Shown: positions 16,166 to 30,414 of the stretch, piece by piece
Position numbering within the stretch: position 1 is the stretch's first letter
Layout of the letters: each line of letters begins with the position of its first letter
Source: the human T2T-CHM13v2.0 reference genome, Homo sapiens
Assembly (NCBI RefSeq): GCF_009914755.1
Contig: NC_060937.1
Length of the DNA stretch: 64,000 nucleotides
Strand: one strand, 5' to 3'
The notes under the pieces: model-generated
Seen by the model: the letters and a program-made list of their open reading frames with translations, nothing else
What the model was told of the DNA's origin: nothing
Database searches by the model: none
Position numbers and translations under genes: made by a program

Positions 16166-17096
16166 CACTGAAATCAGTATAACTCAATATATACATTGCA
16201 CAATTTATATCTGAGAAATATTTTTATTTATCTCAAGTAAAATTATATTTATATGAATATATAGAAAACTAGGCATTTTCCAATTGGAAATGACAAATGC
16301 AGAATGGGGCCACCTTATTACAAACAGAAACAAAACCATAGAAGATGTAATAGAATCAGAAGAGATACAGTCTGTGAGGCATCTGTTGGTAATATTATAT
16401 CTGTCCTCTTTATCTTTGGAGATTAGAAGATAAAAATTGCAAATTATTATTTTTGCTTTGGGGGATTTAGTATGGAAATACTTAAAATCAACTAAATATA
16501 ATTTACACTGAATTTCTTGAAATTACATAGCATCTATTATTAGATTATTCATCACAATCTTTCAGACTCACAGGCAAAGGATAATAAAATAAACACATGT
16601 AACAGAAAACTAAAAGTGTTTACCTATTAATTTCAAACATTTTTCCATAAATCAAATTATTAGTAAGCTAGGACACTTCTAGATATTACTGAATGTGCTC
16701 ACTTTGTTTCTGTGATCATTTTATAAATGGGCATCATTTTCCATGCTTCACTGGCTCAAGAACAGTTTGCCAAATTGGTGGACTACTTTGCCAATCCTTG
16801 CTAGCTTTTTTAGAGATCAGAAAATGAAAACCCTGCTGGAATCTCCATTGGAAGGAATAAAATATATGCTTTGGAATATGTACAAGAGAAGGATAAGCTA
16901 TTTCTTTTGGTTAAAGGAGGAGAGAAATGAAGGCAGTAAAGAACAACTGTAAATATCATTAAATTCAACAGCTAGGGGGCAGTGATCATGATGTTTATTC
17001 ATTCATGTATTCATTTATTCAATACACATCACTGTGGTCCTACTACATACCAGGAATCACATTGATTCTCTTGTTTGGTATCAGTAGCGTTTTGTG

Positions 17097-17419
17097 AATT
17101 ATAATACAACAAAATAAAATCAGCATTAAGACAACTAATTTGTGAAAATATGTCTGGGCTCATCCACAGCACATTTGACATAAAATTCTGAGACCTATTA
17201 TTTACATTTCATTCTGGTGCTAATTGGATTCTGGAATTCCACTAACTATGGAGACCTTCTCTCAGTGTTGTTTCCCCAAATAGCAATGTAGCAAAAAGTA
17301 TTTTCCTACCCTAATTCAGCTTCCCCTAGGATAAATGTTTGCCAAAGAAAACAATGATCAATGAAACAATCAATTTATTGTTAATTTACATATTGTCTTG
17401 TGGATAAAGTGAAGATATA
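17097..17419 (+). repeat. Donor of a ~320 bp local duplication (copy at 21882-22195)
   Basis: Colinear high-identity match to 21882-22195 by eye. Confidence 0.92.
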
Positions 17420-18339
17420 TAAAGGATAAATGCTTTCATTATTAATAAGAAATGCCTACTGAGTACTTACCTTAACCCATTCACTATCGTATGTAGGAGC
17501 AATCAGGTGAGAAAGCTTGAATGATGACAGGTATTTAAGCACGGATCACTGAGAAAATGATAGTACTATAAACGGGAAGAGAAATATCTTGCAATAATAC
17601 AAGGGAACTTTTAGCACTTCTAAGTTCATTTCTGAAACACTGCATTTAGAAATTGGTATACTGTCTAGTTGGAATTGACAGGTGTAGGACCAACACACAA
17701 CTCAGGAGCCAGGTCCAGGAGTCAGCTCCAGGACCCAGATGGTACAATTAAGAGTGACTGAATGAGAAACTGGCTGAGATAATTTGGCTCATGAGGACCT
17801 CTGAAGGAGAGAACTTAAAGCCAAAAGTAACCCAAGACCTGAAAATGGGTTATTCTCTAGTTTATCAATGAACAAGGAAAAACAGAGCAAGTTTCCAGAA
17901 AGACATGGACGTGGATAGCTATGACCACAAGCTTGAGGTAAGGAACAGTTCTCAAACTCATCCCTACAGAACTTTGGTCTTATGTGGCTAATAATAACAA
18001 TAACAATCATACATTAAAAATTAAGTTGATACCATCAATATCCATTACATATGTTTACAATGTGATTTCTTTAAGTAATGGTGCACCATGTTCTCAGGAA
18101 ACAGCACGAGAAGTGGATGGGAAGTCAGTCTCCCCTCATTCAGCGGGATCCAGTGCCTTAGCCTTTGGAAAATGTGTGGGTCACATGGCCAGCTCCTGCA
18201 ATCGCCTTGTCCTTTGATGGATCACTACCACCCCGGCTATTCATGTGCTGCCTCTTTCTTATTCTAGAGGTCTCATCTAAAACATCATTTCCTGTAGACC
18301 AACCAACCTACCTACAGTGAACATCTCTCTGTTCAAGTT

Positions 18340-18711
18340 TGTTATGGTTTGGCTGTGTCCCCACTCACATGTCATCTTGAATTGTAGTTCCCATAATCCC
18401 CATGTGTCCTGGGAAGGACCCAGGAGGGGATAATTGAATCATGGGGGCGGTTACTCCCATGTTGTTCTAGTAATCCTGAGTGAGTTCTCACAAGATCTGA
18501 TTGCTTTATAAGGGGCTTTCCCCCCTTTACTCAGCACTTTACCTTTCTGCCGCCATGAGAAGCATGGGTTTACTTCCCCTTCCACCATGATTGTAAGTTT
18601 CCTGAGGCTTACCCATCCCTACAGAAATGTGAGTCAATTAAACCTCTTTACTTTATAAATTACCCAGTCTCAGATATGTCTTTATTAGCAGTGTGAGAAT
18701 GGACTAACATA
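18340..18711 (+). mobile_element. THE1C-like solo LTR (ERVL-MaLR)
   Basis: TGTTATGGTTTGGCTGTGTCCCCAC...GAGTCAATTAAACCTCTTT...GGACTAACATA. Confidence 0.92.
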
Positions 18712-18969
18712 AGGTTATTCCCCTGGTTATTTCCTTCAATGATTGCAGATCTTTTCTCACTAGAGTGTGGTAAGCTCTATGTGAGCAGATGCCAAGTCCA
18801 TTTTGCTCATGGGTTATACTCACAACCCCCAGCAGAGGGTCTGGCACCCAACAACCACCAGTGTTAAATGAACAAATAAATGAATAAATGACACCATGCT
18901 AAGAATTGTGGATGCTACGGAGAATGTAGAGATAAATCCTCAAGTCTTTGGCCTGGAGGAGTATGGCAG

Positions 18970-19379
18970 TGGTATCCCACACCAATTTCCTCAGCACACA
19001 GATTTCTCAAGCACACCAAGTGGCTCTCTGCCTGAGCATGTTTGGTGACTGCTGGACATGCTCAGTCTGTGCTGGCTAGGCTGGGAGGCCTGGGAGTACT
19101 TTGACAGGGAGTGCCCCTCAAATAGTACCAGAGGGAATTTAGCATGTCGATATCCCAACTTCTTCCCTAGCTGGGAGGCTAGGAGGTCTTACAGAGATTC
19201 CCAAAGAGATTGAGTCTCAAGTTTTCAGAGCATTAACTTGCCCCTTAACACACATCCTTTCCTTCCCTATCTCCTTCCTTTCCTGCAGTTTTGTATAAGT
19301 GTGTAAGTGATTCGTAAGATCAGTTCCCAAACACAAACCATGTTTCAGTCTCAACTTTCAGATGAATCAGCCTGTGACA
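18970..19379. mobile_element. LTR16-like ERVL solo LTR relic
   Basis: Diverged motifs ACAGAGATTCCC..GATTGAG, CCTTCCCTATCTC; ends ...GTGACA. Confidence 0.5.
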
Positions 19380-20164
19380 AGAAACTTACTTTCTGGTAAG
19401 AAACGGCATGCTTATATTGCTCCAGCATAATGTTAAAGGTAATAAGGGCCATAGCAGAGAATACTGTTGAAGGTAATAAAGGGAATAAGAATGAAAGCAC
19501 AAAGCAAGGGCTGTGGAAACTCAAGAGAAGAACTGTACCTACAAGAATCCGTTAGAGATGATATTTAAAGAAAAACAGAAACATGCATTATATACACAAC
19601 ACCTTCCCGAGTCAGTTGCTACAGTTTACACCTCACTTGGGTTAAGCTGAGAGAGAAGATTTGAAGATAGCCACGAAGCAATTCCTAACAGGAGGATATT
19701 CCTCACAGAGTAAACAGTATAGCAGATTTGTATACAGAACACAGTGAGTGCTTCTGTTTGCCTATGCGGTATGCCTTGCAAAAAGGATTAGTAAGAGGAT
19801 AGGTTATACAGGAACTGTGAAGCTAGACACAGGGTAAGCTGTATGTCCAACCAGGAATTGAGATTATTTTGTATAGGCAATAGGGAGTCTTAATGATTTC
19901 TTTAAAGGTAAACAGCATCATCAGAAAGTGCTTTAGAAAAAAATGATCCTTTAGTTATGCAAAATAGATTAGAATTGGGAAAGGGGGTTGTGAAATCCTT
20001 GTAGAAGACTAGCCCAGTAGTCCAGGTAACAAATAATAACACCCAGACAGACTTAAGAGTACAGCAGTCTGGATGAAAAAGAAAAGACAGAGGTATATAT
20101 TAGATTCAGCCTGGCTGACTGTGAGGCAAGAAAGAGACTATAAAAATCCAGCACAGAAAGTACA

Positions 20165-20375
20165 GCAGACAGAGAGACCTTTGAGTCAGACAGACTTGGG
20201 CTTAATCCAGTGTGAGATCTTGCAAGCTGTTTAAGCCCTCTGAGACGCAAGAATTTTCATTTGCAAGAAAGGGAAGAAGACATAGCCCACAGGCTTGTGA
20301 TGCTTCAAACAGATAATGCATTTAAAGTCCAGCAGATTGCCTCGAGAATTTTAAGTGTACAAATAATCGATGGTG
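20165..20375 (+). mobile_element. MIR SINE
   Basis: GAGTCAGACAGACTTGGGCTTAATCC...TTAAGCCCTCTGAG...TTTTCATTTGCAA. Confidence 0.75.
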
Positions 20376-21707
20376 GTTACTGTCATTGTTGTTAAAGGAC
20401 AAATAAGTAAGCGAAGTGTTTTAAAAAAAAATGATATCCCCAAGCCCGAAACTTAGCCAAAGGTATTAATATATTAAAATAAAGAATTGACCAATTGGAA
20501 GATGTATGCAGTTTCTCAGCCTGGAATTAACCATTATAGAAAGAGGACAAAAGACAGATAGGTGCAGCCCTATAGTGGAGTCCAGCACCTGAATCTATAG
20601 AAATCATGTGATTTACGCTCCTTCCTCTTCTTTGACATGACCTCAAAACAACCTTGAATTATATAATTTGATTTCCCAAGAAGGTCTGTCTACAAGGACA
20701 CAAGATGCTGGCCATGCCAGCTTAAGAAATGTGCTTTCTATGAAAGTGATATTTTTATTGAAACATAAAAAATTCTTATTTTAAATTTATACAGGTTTTT
20801 TTGGCATGGTATAACATAATTAAACTCTCAACAGTAAGACAAATTCAAGTGTCTAAGAGTGAAAGCCTTAACATGAAACTCTAGGTTAAAAAGAATTAAC
20901 CAAAAATATCTGTTTATTTATATATTTCATTCATCTCACCGTGACTGTCACACAGTGGACTTTGAGAGTCCTGAACGTACGACTCTACCACACAGGTTTT
21001 TCATTCTACTGCACTGATATTCACAACCAGTATCAACACGAAAGTTAGAACTATTGTCAATTTGAATAAAAGGTCCTTAGCAAACATGATCGAATAGATA
21101 TTCCAGTCCACGGTGAGGAAGGTCTGTAGCACTAATACCTAGAGGGTACATAAACAAATTTTTAACTGCAACTAAAACTTAAACAAAATAGAAACAAAAT
21201 AACCCAGATATTTTTATTGTTTTAAATAACTTTTGAAGCACCTGTAGAAAGTGACACAGAAGAAGAATGAAGGTTGACCCTATTACAGAAGAAAAGCACT
21301 GGATCAAGAGTTAAGAACCAAGAAGGGGGACTGGTCTCTTGTGTTTCCTGCACTAGCCTTGTGATATTAGTCAAATTATAGGCACCCCCTAGCTGAGTTT
21401 CAAAAAATGTTCTTAAGATTGTTGGATTAAATGATTACAAATGTCTTTAGCAGTTCTAGTATGTTGCCTGAAACTGCTGTTATTCCTTAGCCAACACAAA
21501 TTTGATTCCATCACTCACTCTTTTTTATTTCATAATGGGGTTTACACAGATAAATAATAAAAAATAAAACATTTACAGTGACCTACGTTTATTTTTCTGT
21601 TGTAAACACTCAAATCAAGGAGTAGTTCTGCTTGCACATGGTACCAATATTTATTTATTTATTGTTTATTACTGCCAGCAAGGCAGAGCAATACCGTAGA
21701 TCCAGGG

Positions 21708-22367
21708 TGATATGGTTTGGCTGTGCCCCCACCCAAATGTCATGTTGAACTGTAGCTCCCATAATCCCCGCATGTTGTGGAAGGGACCTTCTTGGGACCT
21801 CATCATGCTGTTCTCACAATAGTGAGTGAGTTCTCATGAGATCTGATGGTCTTATAAGGGGCTTTTCCCCCTTTGCTCAACAATTGTAATACAACAAAAC
21901 AAAATCAGCATTAAGACAACTCATTTGTGACAATATGTCTGGGTTCAACAAGAGCACATTTGACATAAAATTCTGAGACCTATTATTTACATTTCATTCT
22001 GCTGCCTATTGGATTCTGGAATTCCACTAACTATGGAGACTTCCTCGGAGTGTTGTTTCTCCAAATAGCAAAAAGTATCTTCTACCCTAATTCAGCTTCC
22101 CCTGGGAGAAATATTTGCCAAAGCAAGCAATGATCAATGAAACAACCAATTTATTGTTAATTTATGTATTGTTTTGTGGATAAAGTGAAGATATAAAAAT
22201 ATCTTCTGTCACCTTGTGAAGAAGGACACGTTGGCTTCCTCTTCCACCATGATTGTAAGTTTCCTGAGGCCTCCCCAGCCATGTAGAACTGTGTGTCAAT
22301 TAAACCTCTTTATAAATTACCTAGTCTCAAGTATTTCTTCATAGCAGCGTGAGAATAAATTAATACA
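21708..22367 (+). mobile_element. THE1C-like solo LTR interrupted by a ~320 bp non-LTR insert
   Basis: TGATATGGTTTGG...TAATACA termini; 5-bp TSD CAGGG at 21703-21707 and 22368-22372; LTR breaks at about 21881 and resumes at about 22203. Confidence 0.93.
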
Positions 22368-22745
22368 CAGGGTTTAACCCAAGGTGCTTAATAAATATCG
22401 ATAACTGAATCTATATATATATTGTGTTGGAGAAAAATAAAATCAGGTTTCTTTTCAATACATTGTGGAAAACATTCCATTGCCAAACGTGATTTTTCAC
22501 TGTTTAGTACTCTGTTTTAGCATAGGCATTTTTGAGATCAATTGTCCTTTAATTCATTCACAACTTTATATTAGCATATAATCTGTAACATTTACATTAA
22601 ATAGGAATTTTACTATCAAGAAACATCTGTATTCTTAAGCAGTTATTTTCTGCATCTTTGCTGGAGATGCACTAAATGTAGAAGCTTCTTTTCAATGTTA
22701 ACAGGAAAGGAACACTTGGTTTGATAACACTTTTAAAAGGGCCTT

Positions 22746-23080
22746 CAGCTGACTATAAATCAGTGCACATATTTCTGGCCCCTCTTTTCTGTTCCAAGAT
22801 CATATAACAGAGAAAGGACAGTCTTTTCAAGAGATGGTGTTGGGAAAACTGAATATCCACATGCAGAAGAATGAAACTGGGTCTGTATCTCACTTCATAT
22901 ACAAAAATGTACTCGAAATGGAATAGAGACGTAAATGTAAGACCTGAAGCTGTAAAACTCTTAGAAGAAGACACAAGGAGAGAAAGCTTCCTGGCACTGG
23001 TGTGGCCAGTGATTTTTTAGACATAGCCCCAAAAGCACTGGCAACAAAAGCAAAAGTAGACAAATGAGATTGCATCAAAC
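22746..23080 (+). mobile_element. Old L1 (L1M/PB-type) ORF2 fragment with a short inverted 5' piece
   Basis: GAAAGGACAGTCTTTTCAA..TGGTGTTGGGAAAACTG..ATGCAGAAGAATGAAACT on +; 22746-22797 is the adjacent ORF2 segment in antisense. Confidence 0.82.
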
Positions 23081-25145
23081 AATGAGATACTGGAATGGAA
23101 TACCAGTGATGGAGCCCACATGCATGTACGTTATTGAACACAGCCCAGCATTGTACATTCTTGGGCAATTTTAATTTCACTGCCAATTTACAACATGGCT
23201 ATAATTTCCATCTTGAGCCCTGTTTCCTTGCATTTCTTCACAGCATTATTTGCTATTCCTGATGGTGATTTACATGTTTTCCCTTATCCCTACATGTTTG
23301 CAAGTTTTCTTCTCCATCTCTATATTTAAAAGCCTGCCATCTTGTACAACTAACTTCAAATGGTGCTTCTTTTGGGATGCTCAAACTTTCCACCAGATGG
23401 GATCTTACTTCCACTATGGTTCTCATCCAGCAGTTATGAAATGTACATCCATCCTTTAGTTTTTCTTAATTCTATGCATGTTGGTCTTACCTCCCTCTGT
23501 CTCCCATTGTCTCAAACACCTACCTCAGTAAAGATTTTTACAACCAACTCATACTTTTGCATAATGGCCAAACTCTGGTGTAAATCTAATGTTTGACAGG
23601 GAGTCTTGGGAACTAGTGGAGAATCATATGGCCACACTCGATAGTCTATGTGTATTACATCTTTCACTTTTGTTAGATATAGATAACTAAATTATGTCAT
23701 GTAATAGTCCTCTTTTATAGAAAATAAGGCTTCGATAAAGAATTGTATTTACTCAAGAAAGGATCTGGGCTTTTTGTTTGTTTGTTTGTTTTTAATCAAA
23801 GGACACACAATTAAAATGTATAAGACTCCCTGTGATTGTAAACACACGCACACATGCACATGCACACGCACAACTTAAGGTAAAATATTTCATACTAAAT
23901 GTAATTATTTCTGATTTGTCTCCTGTATGCAATCAAGAGTATATAGGATAATCTTATGTCTCACCAAATATTTTCCCCATTCTGATTACTAATAAGGAAC
24001 ATCGTAAGTAAACTATTTATAACTGAAAAAGCCCATGTTATTTCTGTAACTAACGTTTTTCATTCTAACGTAACAACAAAATTCAATCCCAACTACAATA
24101 ATCTAGCTGCAGCATCCTCAGTTTCCCTCTTTCTCATCAGGAATCAAATGGGATGTTATATGCTAAATCACTCCAACAGTTGTGAAAAGGATAAGAAAAT
24201 GAAAAGCAGGGAACTCTTACCAAGTAATAATAGTCAATCTGCTGTCTCAGTAGGCAATTTTATATTCTTTATTAATTTGAGTTGTATAAAAATAACTCAA
24301 TTGCAGTTTACAGCTTATAAGACAGAAAATTCACTTTTCTTTAATGTTCCTTATGAGCAAATTGTTGCTTTGCAGTTCCACGTAAATTACCTTGTTTAAT
24401 ATAAGGAGAAAAAAGTCTCAAAGTAATAATAAATGAACTAGTCTTTATACCACACTGGCATTGACTAGTTTTGCTACATGTATAGTATTTATAAATGAAC
24501 ACGATTATTCTCCATTAGGTCAGATTATTAAATTCCATGTGTGCCTATTACTGACGAATCTCCAGTGTCCAAAGCACAATTGCTTGAACAATGTAAACTC
24601 TCAATAAATATTTATTAACTTACCTGACAATTAATTAGTACCCATTAGTCAACAATATATTTTGAATCAGTAGCAGTGAGCATCCTCTGGTATTTAATGT
24701 AATGTCTTGAATATTTAATTGAAGCTAGTGATAAAAATTAAATATGTTTAGCATATGGAAATGCATGTACTACACTGGGATAGGGATTTCACACACATTA
24801 TTTGATTAATTATATTATTTGGGTTTTACCCACAAAGGATGAGTCTGAAAATGGGAGACAGAATGAGAGAAGGAATTGGAGGAAGCTAAAGCTGGAAAAG
24901 GCCACTTAGCTGTGGGGAATGGGCACCAGATAGCCTGAGAACACACACAATACACATGAGGAATGCTGAGAGGTCCTGAGGCTGGTAATGTTGGAATAAA
25001 AGATGATCAAAATAATGAGTCACATAACTATCATTATGCTTCCCCAGTTATGATCCATAGAATGCTATTCCTGAAAGATGTTCCTTGGGAAATGGGTGAT
25101 GAGCTAAAATCAATTTAGGAAATGACTCAGACTATAATGTCTATA

Positions 25146-25147
<2 letters not shown>

Positions 25148-25180
<33 letters not shown>
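25148..25180. repeat. (TG)n microsatellite
   Basis: About 16 TG units. Confidence 0.97.
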
Positions 25181-25181
<1 letters not shown>

Positions 25182-25399
25182 TACGTGTCTGTGTGTCACA
25201 TATTAAAACGCTGAGAAACCTTTCTAACTTTAACTTTGTGAAACACATATTTTTGAAATTTCTGCATTTTAAGGCAGTTTTCTCTTAGTAAAATGCAAAG
25301 GAGCTAGAGAAAAATTTAAATTTTGTGAAAATCCGCTGCCAAGTTCACTTTTATGAAGAGAACCGTCACTGTCTCCTTCCATGTGAATCACCACAGCAG

Positions 25400-26227
<828 letters not shown>

Positions 26228-28348
26228 GACTCAGTGTGTCCCCTGCACCTCTGGAGAGCCAGCTCCACACAGGGCATCGTCCCTGACTCCAGAACACGGA
26301 ATACGGTCTTCAAGCTGTCAAAGCGAGTGTCTATCTTGGTGTTGCCTACAGTAACCATGGGAAATGATTTCTCAGAAAATACAGGAAGCTATGTAAACAA
26401 TGTTTAACTCATATTCAACTGAGCTGCATAACCATTTTTAAATCCACATATATTACAATTTTCCTGAAATTTTATATCTGGATGTGTTTTGGAATGAAAG
26501 TGAATCATATAAAAGCATGCAGTTAGTTTTTTAAAAGATTGAGAAAGAAAAAGAAAAAATAGAAAAATTATAATTGATGTTGGATTTTATTAACATGAAA
26601 AAAAAAAAGAAAACAAAGAAGAGCAACAAATGAAACAAACCCACAAGTCATGATGTGATAGTAACAGGTAACAGTACGCTACAGTCACTTAATCCAAAAT
26701 TCTAGTGAAGAGTAGCAGATGCTATAAAATGTCTTTACACTAAAATCTCTAAAATAAAATACCAAAATTGGAAAATAAACTTCTTGAAAGAAATGTTTTA
26801 GCTATGAAACTAATAGACGTTAAAGTTGAAATAACTGAATGTTTCATGTGCTCTGTAAAGTACACTAACCTCCAACTGCCCTCCCCAACCCTGCCCCCGC
26901 AGCACCCGGCCAAAATAAAACACAACATAGAAAGCTTCACTTAAAGACTCCATTCTGGTGTACACAAATGAAAGTTGGACAGGTGGAAACCTTAATTTGG
27001 AAGCCTCTTGACTGAATGATAAAACAGGCCAGAAATTGATTAATCTCTTTCAACTACAAAATGGAATGCAATGTGCTATTAAGCATATTAAAGCAACAAT
27101 TTCATTTCCTCCAGTGCAAACTAAGGAGGAAAAGCTGCTTTTCCAGAAAATTATCTATTTTGTAGGCATAGGAGGTTTCAGTTGAGTGACCTGCCTTACC
27201 CTTTTTGGAGTGGGTAAATTATCGTAAGACTCACAACAAAACATCCAAATGTGTTCCAATGATATTTCACATAGCTTTGCCCACGGTAGAGGTAAACAGA
27301 AGTCACATTTCTGCACTTATGGAAACCTTTCTGTGTTAAAAATAATGGAAAACTGACCTTGAAGAATATTTGTGCCTTGTAAAGTGTTAGAGAATATCAT
27401 TCAGGTAAAATAGTTATAGCTACATGATGTCAAACAGCTGGTGTTCGGACCAAACACAAATAACTAACTGGCTTGACTATTTTTCTTCAAAAACTTTTAT
27501 CAGTTAAAAAGTTAGGTCAACTCACTGCATACATGCACAATTTACTGAACTAAACAAATTAGTTATTCCTTAAAACAGACCTAATTAATGTTAATGGACT
27601 TTTCTGCTGCATATATACAAATATATATTACCTGCTGAATGACACTGAACATGTACAAATTGAAGGCCTATTAAGATACTACTGTAAAATAATGGCTGTA
27701 AAATAATGTCTGAAATGCTAAATCATGATGAGGAATGTAACACAGAAATTTATACAGTTTACATTCTGTAACCGACTGCTTACCCTAAAATAGACTTACA
27801 AGAAACCCAAGCCTAGCCAATGTTTTACTATTGACTACTAGCAACATACATGTGCACACACACATATATTATAAGTATTCAAAATTTAAAATAATATCAA
27901 AACAAATTCATGTCATCAAGGTGCTTGGAATTTTACCTCTGCTTATATTAATAAAATATAAATTTTACATATTGCAAAGCATATTCATTTTTAGTATTCT
28001 ATCAAATTTCAAACATATTAATATTTATATTAATGTTTTAGAAAAACATTAATATATGGGGGAATGATTGCATCATTTTTATTTGGTACACATGAAACAG
28101 AAAATATTAAATAATTTAAAAGTAGTAACATATTGGCATGTCAGATGCCTTGCCTACCTGTTGAATGATATATCCATTACAAAAACTACACAATAGTATT
28201 TTCCTTTCTTCTACAATAGATTGCCAATTCATTGAATTTTCTGTCTTTCACCATTGTATTAGCCAACATTTAGATTTTGGCTATCACATGAGTATTATGG
28301 TTTAATAAGATAACGTTCTTTATTGAGACTCAGAATTCCTTTTTGAAA

Positions 28349-28670
28349 TTTTAAACTATTTAATTAACAAATAAAGACTGTATATACACAAGGTATACAA
28401 GAAAATTTGTTATACATATATTGTATAATAAATATCATGATCAAATTACCACATTCATCACCACCCATGATATTCATTGACAGATAAATGGATAGAACAA
28501 AATATGGTGTGGGTGTGTGTGTAATGGAATAATGGAATACTATTCAGCAAATTAAAAAGGGAGGAAATGCTGTCATTTAAGATGAATCTGCAGGGTATTA
28601 TAAGTGAAATAAGTTGGGCACAGAAAGACAAATACTACATTATTTCACTTATATATGAAATCTTAAAAAG
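28349..28670. mobile_element. Old L1M 3' end with inversion (antisense 3'UTR then sense ORF2 end)
   Basis: Antisense L1MA-type 3' end at 28349-~28467, then sense GGAATACTATTCAGC...AAGTGAAATAAG...CAGAAAGACAAATAC; degenerate TSD TTCCTT(T/C)TGAA. Confidence 0.72.
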
Positions 28671-30368
28671 TTCCTTCTGAAGGTCAATCTAGTTTATTTC
28701 TAAGCCCTTCCAAAGAGACTACAGACTCTTAATAATTTGTTCACAGTAAACTCATCACCTTTTAAGTAAATGCTCAGCACAAGAAGGAAACTCAAGTAAG
28801 TCATTGTATAATTGGACATTAGATAATTGACAAAGGCCAGGACATACGTAAACCTGTTTGTGCTTTTCTAATAGTGAATCTATAATTATACGTATAAAAA
28901 ACAGAAAGGAATAGAAAAGGAACCATGCTTTTGATCACTCTCCCCCACATTAGTACCATGCGAAAATTCCAAGTAGACTTGTGTTACCAACTTTGTTGTT
29001 ATGAATTATTTTGTTCCCCACATGGATGTTTAGTAACATAAATATATGCACTGTGTCTTTGAAAACCAGGGTTGTGAGTGTCTTACACAGAGGAAAGGAG
29101 AATGGTTAAAGAGCCATTAAAGGCATGTCCCTGCTTTCCTCTCTAATGCTCCTTGCAGCCCTGGGTTTGGCCATCTGCCCTTTGCTTTAGATATCTGTCC
29201 ACTCATCCACAGGCCTTTCCTATTATCTTGAAAGATTCCAAACTTCTTCAAGTGATTACTTTTCTAAGCTTTTATAGTCCATTTTCTCACTTTTAACTGG
29301 TTTATGATGAGAGGTTCTTTCATTAATTGTGCAATAAGGCTTCAATCCACACAGGTTTTCTGAGATTACAATGAATTTTTTCCCTGGGTCTTTCTGACTC
29401 TAAATCACTTGTGAAATTTCTTGGCAGTAAAAGAACAAATCTTCTTTGTTGTTGTTGTTGTTGTACCAATGTAAATAGTGTGTTTGGTCATAACAAAACC
29501 AAGGCAGTCTTTTTTTTTTTTTTTTATCTTCAAGGGATGATGACGAAATACAAAGCGATGTTTGCAAAACCTCAACCTGGGAGAACTTTCTTAAAGCACA
29601 TAAAACTCATTTGGTTTTTATTCACGTCAAGGCAAAAAGAAATGAAATATTACGGATACACAGAATACTTTCTGCATGGGATTTTATGCAATTTTCCTCT
29701 TCATTTTTTTTGAAAGGCTGAGGACATTGAAAGTAAACTTTATAGGTATACGTCATTATTTTTAAAGTTCTCAACAGAATGCAATACTGGGCCAAAACTG
29801 AAAAGATGGAGTTGAACAAGGATCCATATAAAGTGTAGCTTTTAGGTTCAAAAAGCTAATGGTACAAATAAATCTGTGATGCAGCAGGACTGGGAGTTTC
29901 CATTTGGTTGCAGATGAGAAAAGAGTGATAACATGGACAAACGGCAGAGACTGCACTGGAGGGTGCTGTGCTCAATTCCCATCCACGTGCTAAAAAGAGG
30001 TACTGACAAAACAGAGGTCACATAGAAGAATGCTTCCAAATGTTGGGCAGCTGAAAATAAAGAGATTTTCTCTAATCCATGGGGAATAAAAGAGAAAAAC
30101 AAGGACTATATTCTGCTTAGGTTTGCTAGGTGTGATACAAATAAGTCGTCAGATAGGAACTCTTTCATTCTGATATGACTTTCTTCCTACTTTTAAGTAA
30201 AGTTTATTTTTGTACTTATTCAGTAAAGGTGAGATTAGTTAGATGGTAGTGATGTCTTTAATGCAAATCCACAAACCTTTCATTTGATTTGATTTTAGTG
30301 GTCCATTAAATTCAAAAGCCAAAAAGGGAATACCAGGTTACCTAGGAATTGTATTTTTGTACATTGTG

Positions 30369-30369
<1 letters not shown>

Positions 30370-30412
<43 letters not shown>
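30370..30412. repeat. (AC)n microsatellite
   Basis: About 21 AC units. Confidence 0.98.

Positions 30413-30414
<2 letters not shown>

Noticed and set aside
16965-16985. CTCF-like motif CAGCTAGGGGGCAGTG
   Set aside because: It mismatches a near-invariant C of the core and has no other support.
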